A DNA stretch of 64,000 nucleotides from Reclinomonas americana ATCC 50394 (taxonomy: Eukaryota): contig PS015071.1 of NCBI GenBank assembly GCA_048213135.1, positions 124,555 through 188,554 of the forward strand. The letters run 5' to 3'. The notes below the pieces were generated by a model. It was not told where the DNA came from. It was given only the letters and a program-made list of their open reading frames with translations, and did not search any database. Each line of letters starts with the position of its first letter. Within the stretch, counting starts at the first letter, position 1. A program made the position numbers and the translations under genes. Of the stretch, positions 34,935 through 47,797 are shown piece after piece.

Positions 34935-37900
34935 ATGGGCCGCTTCACGTGGGAAGGTGTGCTGGCCGTCGGCGCCCTGGCGCTCTTTCTCGGCGTGTTC
35001 TTTGGCCTCCTCTTCCCCGATCTGAGAGTGCGCGACGACTATGAGAGGTGAGTGCAGGCCACACACGCGCGCGCACACATCGTCATCATTTCTCATCGAT
35101 GCGATGATGACGACACACAGCGCGGTGTGCGATAATTTCCGTACAAACGTGGCACCGGACGTGTGCTGCGACACCTCGTGCGCCTCCAACACGTGCGAGT
35201 GCTGTTCGTTGCGTGGTTGGGAGAGGGAAGGGAGGGGTATAAGGAAAGGGCGGAGAGAAGACGGGAGGGAGGGAGGGAGAGGGGGATCACATGCCCTTGA
35301 GTTGCCTGCAGCAGTGTGGGTCGAGAGGAAGGAGAGGGAAAGTGAGTTAAAGTGTGAGCGGCAGAGGGTTAGGGAGAACAGCATGGGCATGTTGGAAGGG
35401 ATCACGTGCGCTGGGAGAGGATATAAAGACATAGGCTACTGTAGCAAAGCTTGTTGAGGTGCGACGATTCTCTGGATTGGAGAGGAGCGCGCTATAGTTG
35501 AGCTTCGTGAGCTGCAAGAAACTTTGTACGTCGAAAGAGTGAGAGGGAGTATGTAAAGGCAGAGGCAGCGCTAACTGTAGCAAAGCTTGTTGAGGTGCAC
35601 GACGCTCCGTAGATCAGAGAGAAAGAGAGAATGAATGAGCGCACATGAGCAGAGGCCTCTTGAGCTGCAAGCGCCTGTGTGGGTCGAGTGTGTGCGAGCA
35701 GGAGGAGACAAGGAGTGAATGTCAGGGAAAGTGACGAAGTTCGTGTGTGTGCACGTGTGTGCCAGAGGGCAGCAATCTGTAGCAGGAGTATGTTTGTGTG
35801 TTGTGAGAGAGATACTTTTCGACGAGCGTGACAGAGAGAAGATGTGAAGAGAGATCGCAGGGGTGCAAGTGAGCGAAGAGACCAAGAGCGCGTCCACTTT
35901 GCCTCACTCTCTCGTCCCCTTAACCCCCCCTTCGCAGCCTGTCCATGCCCATCTGCGATTCGTTTGTTNNNNNNNNNNNNNNNNNNNNNNNNNNNNNNNN
36001 NNNNNNNNNNNNNNNNNNNNNNNNNNNNNNNNNNNNNNNNNNNNNNNNNNNNNNNNNNNNNNNNNNNNNNNNNNNNNNNNNNNNNNNNNNNNNNNNNNNN
36101 NNNNNNNNNNNNNNNNNNNNNNNNNNNNNNNNNNNNNNNNNNNNNNNNNNNNNNNNNNNNNNNNNNNNNNNNNNNNNNNNNNNNNNNNNNNNNNNNNNNN
36201 NNNNNNNNNNNNNNNNNNNNNNNNNNNNNNNNNNNNNNNNNNNNNNNNNNNTAGGTACGCAACGAGTTGTGGCAACAGGCAGCAGCACCACCAACGGCAG
36301 CAGCACACCGAGCCACAGTACCATGGTGGTGGTCTTGGAGCGCTGCACTCGCACCTTGCGGTACAAGACCAGGTACGAGAGGCGAATGCCCATGATCAGC
36401 ACGAGAAGAGCAGGCACCGCCAGAATGGCAAACTGCAGAGAGAAGAACACGGGTGGTGCGTGAGGACTGCGACGATACGAATGTGTTCGCCTGTACGTCC
36501 ATCTCACCTTCCACCACGCAATCGGCAACTCGAACACCACGTCGCATTCGTGTGCACGATCGGGCGCGCTCAAGCACGAATTGAGTGGTCGACCGGCCAC
36601 CCAGTCGGCTCGGTCGCGGCGAATGAGGCTGCGCAGCGGCAACCCATTATGAGAGAGAAGCGTCGGCGCGGGGAAACCCCACCAAAACATACGCACCATT
36701 TCACGCTGTCTCGGTTGTTGACATACTGCTCAGCCATAGTGCGACATGCAGGACTCGGCTCTTGGCCTCGGCACGTCGTCGACGAGATGGCAGTGAACAA
36801 GGAGCCACCACCAGCGGTCACCACGAAGCCGGTGCTGGACTTCGCACACGCCGTGCAAGTGATGGAGCACTTTTGCGAGCAACCTCCGAGACTGTGCATG
36901 TGGGGGAGGGAGGTCAGCACCCACCCCAGTGCTCATTGGCGACAAAACACGCGAGGGGGAGGGGAGGAGCGCAACTTTTCACACTTCGTTTTGGAGCCAC
37001 AACAACCACTGCTGCCGATCACGGGNNNNNNNNNNNNNNNNNNNNTTTTTTCATCGCATTGTGCACAATATCGCACGCCCCCTGCCTTGTTTCTGTTCGC
37101 GTGTCCGCCCGTAGCTCCTGCCATTTGTTTCTATTGCTTTTCCTTGTTGCATGCTTGTTCGTTTGCTAGCCTCTATACTGCGCGTCTTCTTTACTTGATC
37201 TTGTCATTGTTCTCCACATTGCTTGATTTCACGACCATGTTTCGTCTCGCTGCGGTCCCTATTTCCGCTTTCTGTCGCACTTGATAATCTCGAGGCATCC
37301 TTTCTGTGTGGTGCAATGCTTGGTCTTTCGCGACGCTCACTCTGCACCGATCCAGGCATCGTCAACGAGACCGTGGGCATTGCGCTGACATTTGTCGCTT
37401 GCGGCCTCATTGCGGTTTGCCTACCGGTGACCCTCTGGCTGTGCTTGCCGTCTGTGCTGCTGCTCTTGTCCGTCATTTTTGTGTTCTCGGTGCCGACGGT
37501 GGCGTTTGTTCCGGTGGTGGCGGCAGGTGACTTTTCCGCATTGTGCGCCTAATGGCACATTTTTTCGTCTCAACCTTGCATTTTCCATCGCAGCCTGGGT
37601 GCGTGGCGTCAATGCTCGCATTTTGTTGTCATTGGTGATTGGTGTACCGGCGTTTACTCTGGCGTCGGCCATGGTTGCTTTTTGCATTCGACGGAAACGC
37701 GAGCCGCAAGGCACGGTGCTTCGCTGGCTGCTCGGTCTCGCTCGCTGGGAGTCGCGAGCGTTTCCACCGCTCTACTCGGCCGGCTACAATTCCGCCGCCA
37801 AGTATCACGAAACAGTCACATTCCTCGTTTTTCGCATGTGCATCACGGCCGCTGTGTGTGTGGTGAGCAGGCATGTCAACTGTAGCGATTCTTCAGCGGT

Positions 37901-39313
37901 GAACTCACCGTCATTTTTCGCTCGCCAGGGTGGTGGCCTAATCATTCTCCTCACCGTTGGCGATCACGCGCACAACGCCGGTTGGGCGGGAGCAGCAGCC
38001 TACGTGATGGTGGGAGTCGGCACCGTGGCATTCTATGCCGCGCGTAAGCGATTCCACAATCTGCATCTATTTGTTGCGTTTTTCATGACGGGTTCAGCTG
38101 TCCACCGTCGACAACGACGTTGCTCACCACTCATCTCTCTCTCTCTCTCTTGCAGTGCGCGGTGACCGGTTGGCTGGCGGGAACGGCGTTTTTGTGCGTC
38201 GGCTTGTGGGTGGAGGCGACCTTTGTGGCGCAGTGCCGAGCGGTCGTCAACGCCAGTGGCGCTTGTGCCAATTATGACCAGCTTCAGCATTTTGCATTCC
38301 TCGCTCTTGGCTTGGCGTCACTCGACATTATCATCTTGGTACGTCACAAAGTCACGTAGCCTCCCGTGTTTTTTTTTTCAGAGCGCACAGTGTGCATCAT
38401 GCACACGCGAGCACACACACGCAGAGGCATACACATACGCACACACACGCGCGCCGGTACACACATTCACAGAGTTTGATCAGACCATCACGAGAACACG
38501 CACATTCGATCACGACTGCCGTCAAGTGCACACCATCATGTTGTCAGGATGGCAGATGCATATTCGTTACCATCCACACAAACACAGCACGTGCTGACTA
38601 TAAATCCGCAGTTCTACATGTTTGTCACGGCATTTTCCTTTTGGTCGGCGAGCACCGCGATTCCGGGAGACGAAGACGAGTTGCTTCTCGGTCGTCGAGA
38701 TGCGCAACAGCGCGCACGTTGCGTCGAAGCTGACCGTCTCGCTCGTGCTCGCCTTCGTGTTCAACGCAGAGTTTTGTGTTGCAGGATCGTGCGCTCTGGA
38801 GGTCAAGGCCGGTAGCCGATTGGAGACCGTTTTCATGGATCGACATGATGTGTTCCAAAACGGAGTCACAGTGGAGGTGAGGGATCAGAGGAACTCTTGT
38901 AGAGGCATAGGAGGGGGAGGAGGAGCAGTAAGAAAGAGTGCTGTGTGCGACGTTCGAGGTATTCGTGGTCCTTTTGCACTTGCTCACGGACGTGGTGTGT
39001 CACAGTGGTGGACCTGCATGAACGATCGCAGTCGCGTCGATCGAGTTCGCAAGTATGATGTCGAGGAGAGTGGAGGCATGGGTTTGGCAAGGTTTGTGAA
39101 GAGAGGGAGAGGGAGGGAGAGAGATGAAGGGAAAGAGAGGGGGAGAGACAGAGATGAAGGGAAAGAGAGGGGGGGGAGAGAAAGGGACAAAGCGATTGCT
39201 GTCTGTCTGTCTGTCTATCTGTCTGTCTGTCTGTCTGTCTGTCTGTGTGTCTGTCTATCTGTCTGTCTGTCTGTCTGTCTATCTGCCTGTCTGTCTGTCT
39301 GTGTGTCTGTCTA

Positions 39314-39399
<86 letters not shown>

Positions 39400-41306
39400 N
39401 NNNNNNNNNNNNNNNNNNNTAAGTCTATCTGTCTGTCCTCCCGTCTGCCCTGTGCCGTTTCTCCCTTGCTCTCTATGTATGTGACAGAGTGAGGCTGTTT
39501 CTGTCTGGCTGTCTCTCTCTCCCTCTTTTTCTCTCGCCCTCTCCCTCTCCCTCTCCCTCTCCCTCTCCTCCTCTCTCCCCCTCCCTTCCCCACCCCCTCT
39601 CCTCTCCTCCCTCATTCCGCGCCTTCTCACTTGCTGTGCGTTACCTGCTGTAGCCCGCCCGCGCCCACCTTGCTCGACGTGGAACTGGGTGACGATGATG
39701 GCAATCGTTTCCTCTCACTGCGCGTCGATGTCGATGGTCGCATGCGCTGTGCAGCGCATCGTGTGGGCGGCAAGCAAGCCGCCGACGACCAAGATGACAC
39801 GCTGGTGGTCACTCACCATTCCGCATATGTTGTGGGCGAGGTTTGGCGATCATCCTCTCATTTATTTTGTGTTTGTGTGTGTGCGCTGTTTCTGACGTCG
39901 CCTCGTTGCAGTGGAAGCACATTGCCGTGACTCTCTCGAGGCAGTCGCTGGCGCTTTACGTCAATGGCCAGCTGGTGCCTGGACAGGGCGACCGATACGT
40001 GCAAGAGTTGCGTCTCTGCCAGATTTTCCTTATTGTTTGTCGCTTCTTACCTCTCACACCCGCCGCAGTCCGCAGCAGCTAAACATCTTCTCTGAGCTGG
40101 TGCGGTCACGTGAGCCGAAGCTGGCCTTCGCTTCCGGTCTCGCGGATGTGCTCTTGTGCGAAATCCGGGTGTGGAACATGGCTCGTTCGTTTGCCGCGAT
40201 TCAGGACTACTTCAACTGCGCCTTGCGCGCGTGCCACCAAAAGGCCAACGATGTGGTGTCGGCGGTGGCCGATTCTCTGGTTCTGTGGTTCGAGTTCAAC
40301 ACCAACCTGGCGCCGCGCTATCTCGAGTCGGCCTCGTCACGTGGTCACGTGTTTGAAGTGCTTGGAGAGTCGTCGTCGCTTGTGACGAAGACCACGCTCA
40401 TGCAGCAGGAGCGAACGGACCCGCAGTTGGATGTTGCTGCGGCCCGGCGACTCTACGATGCGTTTGGTGAGATACGCACGTCACTCATCTTTCTCTTGTT
40501 GTATCCACGCGACATGTCTCTGCTCTCTCATTGCCTTCCCCGCCGCGTCACCACTCACATCCCTCCTTCTCCGCTTCACCGCAGTTCCTGGCCCTGTTCC
40601 ACTTCTCAGCATTCGCGCCGTGCAAGATGGCTTTGCTGTGGTAAGCGTTGTGTTTTGCGCCGCAGTGCCATGTGTCATTGTTATTCTCACACTCGTCTTG
40701 TTTTCTGTCTCTGCAGCGGTGGATGCCATACGAGTTCAACGTCCCCATCACCAGCTACCTCATCATGTACGAGGAAAAGGACAAGGTGGACTCGGATCCC
40801 GGCCACGAGTACTTGCCAAAGAAGGATGCCACCCATGTGGCGCGAGCGGATCTGGCCTGTGACGAGTGGAACGAGGCCGGTGAAGGCGCTTCAGCCAGCG
40901 TGCTGCTGCGACAGCAGCAGGAGCCCGTGGAGTACACGGCACGCGGGTTGCGACCGGACACCGACTACCTGGTGTGGGTGGCCGCAGCGCAGACCACACG
41001 GTATGGGCCGTGCTCGGCGCCTGCATCGGTGTGCACACTGCAGTCGTCGTCGTCGACTACAACTACCCGGTCCCACGCACCGCAACAGCAGCAAGCGAGG
41101 GGGCCACGGCCACCGCCTCCGAGCTACGAAGACTCACTCTCTCTGTTGCGTATATTTTTGGTGCTTTGTTCTCGCGTCATCTGCGATGGCTGTCTGACGT
41201 TGCGTTTGTGGGTAGTATACCGGCTCGCGTCGGGCGGGACGGAGAGGATGCAAATGGAACTGTGCAGCCAGCTGCCAGGCCGCCACCGTCGTACTCCGAG
41301 GTGTGA
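34935..41306 (+). CDS. Multi-pass membrane protein with Cys-rich loop, LamG/ConA-like domain, FN3 domain and two PPxY motifs (one contig apparently inverted)
   Basis: N-terminal [21 protein letters not shown]; Cys-rich exons; many hydrophobic helices at 37355-38650; LamG-like [22 protein letters not shown] and [14 protein letters not shown]3 [10 protein letters not shown]...[18 protein letters not shown]; tail PPPPSYED and PPPSYSEV*. Exons at 36252-37025 read on the minus strand between two gaps. Confidence 0.7.
39200..39399. repeat. (TCTG)n microsatellite, intronic
   Basis: Near-perfect tetranucleotide run ending at a gap. Confidence 0.95.
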
Positions 41307-42459
41307 GGCAGAAGACGCTGTGATGAGCTCAGTGTAAATTTGAGAAAAAAGTGGTGTTGAAGAGACAACACAACACGGCTGCGTGGTAATTATCATCATC
41401 ATTATGAGTGAGCACTAGAAATGGAGGCATCATTGAGACAGAACGAGAATGCAAACAACAACAACTAAGCCTACCACACCATGCCGCAGCGATATGAGCC
41501 TCGCCAGCAACATGACATGCTCACTTTTGTAGTATACCTGTGCCACAGTTTATTCACCAATTACAACAACACGCAATATCTGTTTTGATGAGCAAGTCTA
41601 CAAACAACACAACAATTCATCACCAACAAACAAGCAACAGCTGTCTTGATGACCATGTCCAACCGTTCGCAATAATCAACAACACAAACACCAATCCTGA
41701 GGCTGCTGATGAATTCAGCACCGAGCACCAAACTTCCTAGGACCCGGCTTTGCTTTGTTTGCCTGGCTCTGGCCTTTTCCCAAATTGCATGTGCCGTATA
41801 CAGTCACAGACAACTCTATACGTCTCTCCTGACTACGTTTGGAGAGAGTTCCGTATTTGAGCTTGCTCCACACTTATCAGTCTCGACAACCAATTGTAGT
41901 GTCCTCTACTGCCACCACCAGTCCACCACTGAACAGCACCGTCACTAACGTGGCACTCTCTACTCGATTCAACACCGACAACTCCAAACAGCGATGCACC
42001 CCAACCACAACCGACTATAGTTTGACTTTATTTTACATGCCTTCGCTTAGATCGGGCAAGCATTGTGACCAGCAAAACCCTCCCTCGAGCGTGTGTGCGG
42101 CCCGCTGGTCACGATCCTGGCTCCCGCCTGAGTGCTCACCGCTGGAGCGTCTGTATGCAAGTGCGTCAAGTCCACTGTTCAACCACGCTTCATACTGTGA
42201 AGATCACACTTCTTGATATCGATCTTTGTTTCGACCTCGACTTGTTCGGATCTCCGAGAGCGAACACACGCACGCAAGGAACCAGCTGCGCTCTGCCTCA
42301 AGACTGGCGTTTGTGTTGATGTTTTGGGATATGGCCGGACTTGGTCATCACAGCTCCTGTTGATTTTTTGTTGGCGAGGTTTCATGCATCCAACGAACGC
42401 TGCGAATTCCCGCGCATTTTTTTGTTCACGTGGTTTGCATTTTCCCCCCGTGCGCAACA

Positions 42460-45400
42460 ATGCGTCGTCACGCGCTCCCTCTCCTCTTTCTCTCTCTTCT
42501 CTGCATTGCTTGTGTCGCCCATGTGGCTTACGGTGAGTGACTTGCACACCCAATATGAAGAGAACACCGCGCGCAGAGCTCTGTGCGATCGTTTTTGTAT
42601 GTTCAGAATGGCATCCATCACACACACACACACACGCATCACTCCGCTTTGTTGTCGTGGCGCACGTCTTCGTCCTTCGCATCGTGCGTGTGCAGCGTGG
42701 CAGCCTTGAGAGAGGGTGGCCATGGGCGCGAAAAACTTTCTCCACATGTCCGCCCCACGCACTGCACTCTCTCAGTTTCTTAGTCTCGTGCGTTCACGGT
42801 TTTGACACACTCGTGCGTGCCACAGTGAGAGCGCAGAACGAGAGAGAGAGAGAGAAATGAGAAAAATTATGCGCATGCGGAGTTATAAGCGAAAAATGGT
42901 GCATCCGTGTGTGTGCGCGTGTGCGTGCGTGTGTGTGTTTGTGTGTGTGCGTGTGTTGTGTGCGTGTGTGCGTGTGTGCGCGAGGGAAGCGGTGTATGTG
43001 AGTGCGCGCGGGGTTGTTTCACGCACTTGATTCATGTTCNNNNNNNNNNNNNNNNNNNNCTCTCTGCTCTTTGTCTCTCGCTGCGCACGCTCTTGCACGC
43101 GCAGCATATTCCTTCTCCTTCGTACTCTCTCTCTCTCTCTCTCTCTCACGAATATGCTCAAATCGAGCCACCCCTCTTCCCAAGCCCTCTCGCCCTCTCC
43201 CACACCCTACTCCCTCTCTCTGCCTCCCTCTTTCCCGCTCTCCCCTCTGCCTGTCCCTCTCCCTCTCCCTTTTTATTCATGCACCTCACACCATCCGGCC
43301 TTCCTTCTCCACAGCTTCGTCGGCAACCACAAACGCTGCCACTTCAATCTCCACTCAGGCGGCGACGCTCCACGCCTCGATTGACAACACGTCGGCGTCG
43401 GCGAGCAACAACTACTTTGAGCTGGCCGTCGTCAGTGGGGATTTCTCGACGGCGTCGGCGGTCAGCACGTTTGCTGGCAGCTACAATACCAGCGGTTTCA
43501 AGAACGATGACCGCTTGCATGCGATGTTCAATGGCCCACTTGTTGAGTAGCTGATCGCATGATTTACCATGCAACATGCTATGTATGAGTTGTTTTCCGA
43601 TCTTGATCTCATGTCTTTTCATTTGTTAGGGAATGACAACGGATGCACGCGGCAATCTGTATGTCGCCGACTACCTGTTGCGTTGATGCCTGCATGCATT
43701 GCCGTGATGACGAAGACCCGATTTGACTCTGGTATGTGCTTCCGTGCAGCAATCAATGCATTCGATTTGTCGACATTCACTCGGGAGATGTGTCGACGTA
43801 CACTGGCGGATGTGGCCAGACGCACGACTACGTGAACGGGGGGCCGTCTGTTGCTCGATTCTACAAGTCGCGTTGAATGACTCTTTGTGTGTGGGGACTT
43901 TCCTCTCTAGTTACGAGCGAGATGCTGACACGAAACTACGAAACACAGTCCTGTGGGATTGGATATGGATCGGCAGACGACGACGCTGTATGTTGGTGAT
44001 GTGCGTCACTCACAGTGAGGCATGAATGCTGGATATGTGTGCTATCTATTTTTCTCTGGGCTTGTGAGAGCGGTGCCTACTGTTGTGTTGCACTATGGAT
44101 GATTCTCTGGTTGCGTTGATCCTGCCTGAGATTGCCATTCCATTGTGTTTGTTGTGCTTTTGTGAGTGCATGTTCGGCAGTGTGTCTGAAGACTGTGTGA
44201 TCAATTCATCATCTGTTTCCTCTTTTTCTCTCATAATCATTTGCACGCTCCCACTATTTTCCGCTGCATTCTTTTTTCTTGTATTCTTGTTCTTCTTCTT
44301 CATCTGGTCTTGTTAGATCATTTGGTCCCTACCCATCTTTTCTATACCTTGCCCTTGTAGTGTGACTTTATAGTTGTTCTATACTCCTTTACCCTTGACC
44401 CCTTACCCTTGCTCCGTCGAGAAACCCGTCACCCGGTCACCAGGGGCCGTTCTTGTTGTGACCGTCAATGAGGAAATCTGGGAAGGGAACAAAAGTTCCA
44501 ACAGTCTTATGCCTACTCCTCCTCCTCCTCCTCGTACTCTCTCCTCCTTCTTCTATTCTTCCTCCGTCCGCGTTCTCCCTGCTGATCGCTTCCACCACAC
44601 AGGCCGACAACCATGCCGTACGTAAAGTGACCTCTGATCGAACGACTTCAACTTTGGTGGACAACAGCACCAACTTGAATGGCTCGCCTCCAATCGACAG
44701 CGCTTTCAATGTCGCGTACGATTCTTCGTCGCAGTACGTGTACTTTAGCTCGTTCAACACGCACACCATTCGGTACGTGAAGTCGCGCATCAACTGTGTT
44801 TGCACTCTGACTCATTAGTTGGCGCACACAGTCGCATCAAGAGCGACGGGACTGGCGCGATTGTGTTCTGCGGACAGCACAATGCGAGCGGGGCCGTCGA
44901 TGGCGACTGCGGAACGACGGCTACATTCAATCAGTCGTCTTCCTTCGCGGTCGATCAGGCACGCAATATGCTGTATGTCGGCTCTGATACCGACAGGGTT
45001 GTTCGACAAATCAATCTGACCACGAACCAAGTGACGACGATTGCGGGCACTGGGGCGCCTGGATCTGATGACGGGGCTGCGCTCAGTGCGACTTTCCAGT
45101 CGACAATCAGTGTGGTTCTGGATATCACACGCGATGTGTTGTACGTTGCCGAGCGCGACCGTGGCAGGGTCCGCCAGCTCGACCTGTCGAGCATGAGTGT
45201 GTCCACTCTTGTCCAAGGGCCAGCAGGTAGTATTAACGGGCCGCTGGCAAGTGCGCGATTCAACTATGCGGTGAGGATCTTGCTTCTCTGCTGCGCTATT
45301 GTTTCTCTGAGTCCAAAGGAATGGACTGACACGCTACTCTGTGTACAGTTTGGCATTGTTGTGAACGGTAATCGGTTGTACATCACCGGTGAGTCAGAAA

Positions 45401-46801
45401 ATGAGCAGAGGAGAGGGCTCGTGAACTGCTGGAGGTATTGAGCATCTTACACGTGGGATTGTTGGTACAGACTTTACCGCGAGTGTGGTCCATCTCATCA
45501 AGTTGCAACCATCAACTGCTCGGATCACGGCATCGCCGAGCACGACTGGGGCCGGCTCTTCCGCCTCGGTGTCGAAAGCTGTCGCGCAGCTCAACAGCGG
45601 AGCGACGTACTACTTCCGTGCGGTGACTGTGCTGTCCGACTCGACAGTGCTTACCGGATCGACACTGTCCTTCACGAGTGCGTCTGCGCGTGTGTATAAT
45701 ATTTGTGATTGATGGACTGCGATGCCTGACACATGCCGTGGTGTGGAATGCAGCAACTGGCGCACTGACGACAGGATTCTCGCCGACGTCGATTGCAGCG
45801 ACGACGAGCAATGTGCAGATTGTGGTGACTGGTGTGAACTTGTTGGCGAGCGATGTGGTGCAGGTGGAGTCGGGGGCAACGTGCAGCGGCAGTGGGACGG
45901 GGCTGACACACGTGTCGGTGTCGAGTGATGCTACAATCAAAACAGTCAAGACGCCGAGCCCGTCGACGGCACTGACGAATGGATTGTACTCTGTGTGGTG
46001 CGTGGCTGTTTGAGGAAGAGAGAGAGAGAGAGAGTGAGAGGTAAGGAGATAGGAAAGGGTAGAAGGAGCAGATGAAGATGGAGGAGGAGGAGAGAGAGGG
46101 CGAGAGAGGGAGAGAGAGAAAGAGGAGGAGGTGGAGAAGGAGAGAATCGTGGAACTCGGTGCGCTGTCTGACGTTTTTTTGTTGTTGATGTCACTGTTTT
46201 TTTTGCTGTTGTGCGTGTTCAGTTACTTGTACGGAGGCGTGGGAACGGCAGAGCGTGTCGGAACGACGTCGCTTGTTGTCGGGAATGGTTTGTTGGGTTG
46301 GTGGAGGCAGTTTGCCTGTTGTCGCTTGTCGATGATTGAATCTCTCTCTCTCTCTCCTCCATCTCGTGGATGCGACAGCTGCACTTGCGACGAGCAGCGG
46401 GGCGACAGCCGTGTCTACGTACTCAGCTACGGTGAATGGGTCGATCACGAACAACTCTGGTGCGACGAGCAGCAATTATTTCGAGTTGGCGCGATCGAGC
46501 AGTGATTTCACGACAGCGTCGTCGGTGACGACGTATGCTGGTACGCTGGGCACTCCTGGAACGACCAATGGACCACTTGCGAGTGCGCTGTTCAATGATC
46601 CGCGAGTTATGTCTCTGATGTTTCATATGTTTTGCAACCGATCACGAATGATGCTTCTCCTGACACTTGATTTTCGTGATGTGTTTGCACTGCAGGGCAT
46701 TGTTGGCGACTCTGAAGGCAACTTGTACCTTGTGGAAGCAGTGTTGCGTGCTTGTGCTGCGTCTTGCGCTGATGAGCAGGCGATAAGTTGTCGCTGAATC
46801 A

Positions 46802-46834
<33 letters not shown>

Positions 46835-47153
46835 GCTCTCTCTCTCTTCTTCCTTAATGTGTGCCATTGCTCTTGCGCAGCAACAACTGCATTCGGTTCA
46901 TCGATGTGTCGTCGGGCATGGTGTCGACATTTGCTGGTGTATGTGGAGCAACTGGAGCGTTGGTAGATGGTGTGGCGACTACGGCGCGGTTTAACGGGTT
47001 CGTGTGGTTTTGCGTTTCTGAAATTGTGGTCACTTTTGAGGTCGTGTATCTGACAATTCGTCGATAATGTTTTGTGCGCGTGTACAGTCCACGAGGCCTC
47101 GCCATTGATCTGGAGTCGAGCACGCTGTTTGTTGCTGACGTGCGTAAGATTAT

Positions 47154-47200
<47 letters not shown>

Positions 47201-47757
47201 GTCGTCTCNNNNNNNNNNNNNNNNNNNNNNNNNNNNNNNNNNNNNNNNNNNNNNNNNNNNNNNNNNNNNNNNNNNNNNNNNNNNNNNNNNNNNNNNNNNN
47301 NNNNNNNNNNNNNNNNNNNNNNNNNNNNNNNNNNNNNNNNNNNNNNNNNNNNNNNNNNNNNNNNNNNNNNNNNNNNNNNNNNNNNNNNNNNNNNNNNNNN
47401 NNNNNNNNNNNNNNNNNNNNNNNNNNNNNNNNNNNNNNNNNNNNNNNNNNNNNNNNNNNNNNNNNNNNNNNNNNNNNNNNNNNNNNNNNNNNNNNNNNNN
47501 NNNNNNNNNNNNNNNNNNNNNNNNNNNNNNNNNNNNNNNNNNNNNNNNNNNNNNNNNNNNNNNNNNNNNNNNNNNNNNNNNNNNNNNNNNNNNNNNNNNN
47601 NNNNNNNNNNNNNNNNNNNNNNNNNNNNNNNNNNNNNNNNNNNNNNNNNTTACGTTACCGTTACGGTACGGTACGGTACCGACGTTGTAGTCGTCGTACG
47701 GTACGGTACGGTACGTCGACGTCGTTGTTGTCGTGTACGTAGTCGTACGTAGTATAA

Positions 47758-47797
<40 letters not shown>

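Noticed and set aside
41709-41948. ORF with a signal-peptide-like stretch as the start of the giant gene
   Set aside because: No suitable phase-1 donor. The exon at 42460-42532 has a better signal peptide and a matching GTGAGT donor.
47650-47760. TACG/GTAC/CGT-rich odd sequence next to gaps (also 20870-20951 and 58525-58730)
   Set aside because: Occurs only at contig ends beside microsatellites and resembles pyrosequencing flow-order (TACG) noise.
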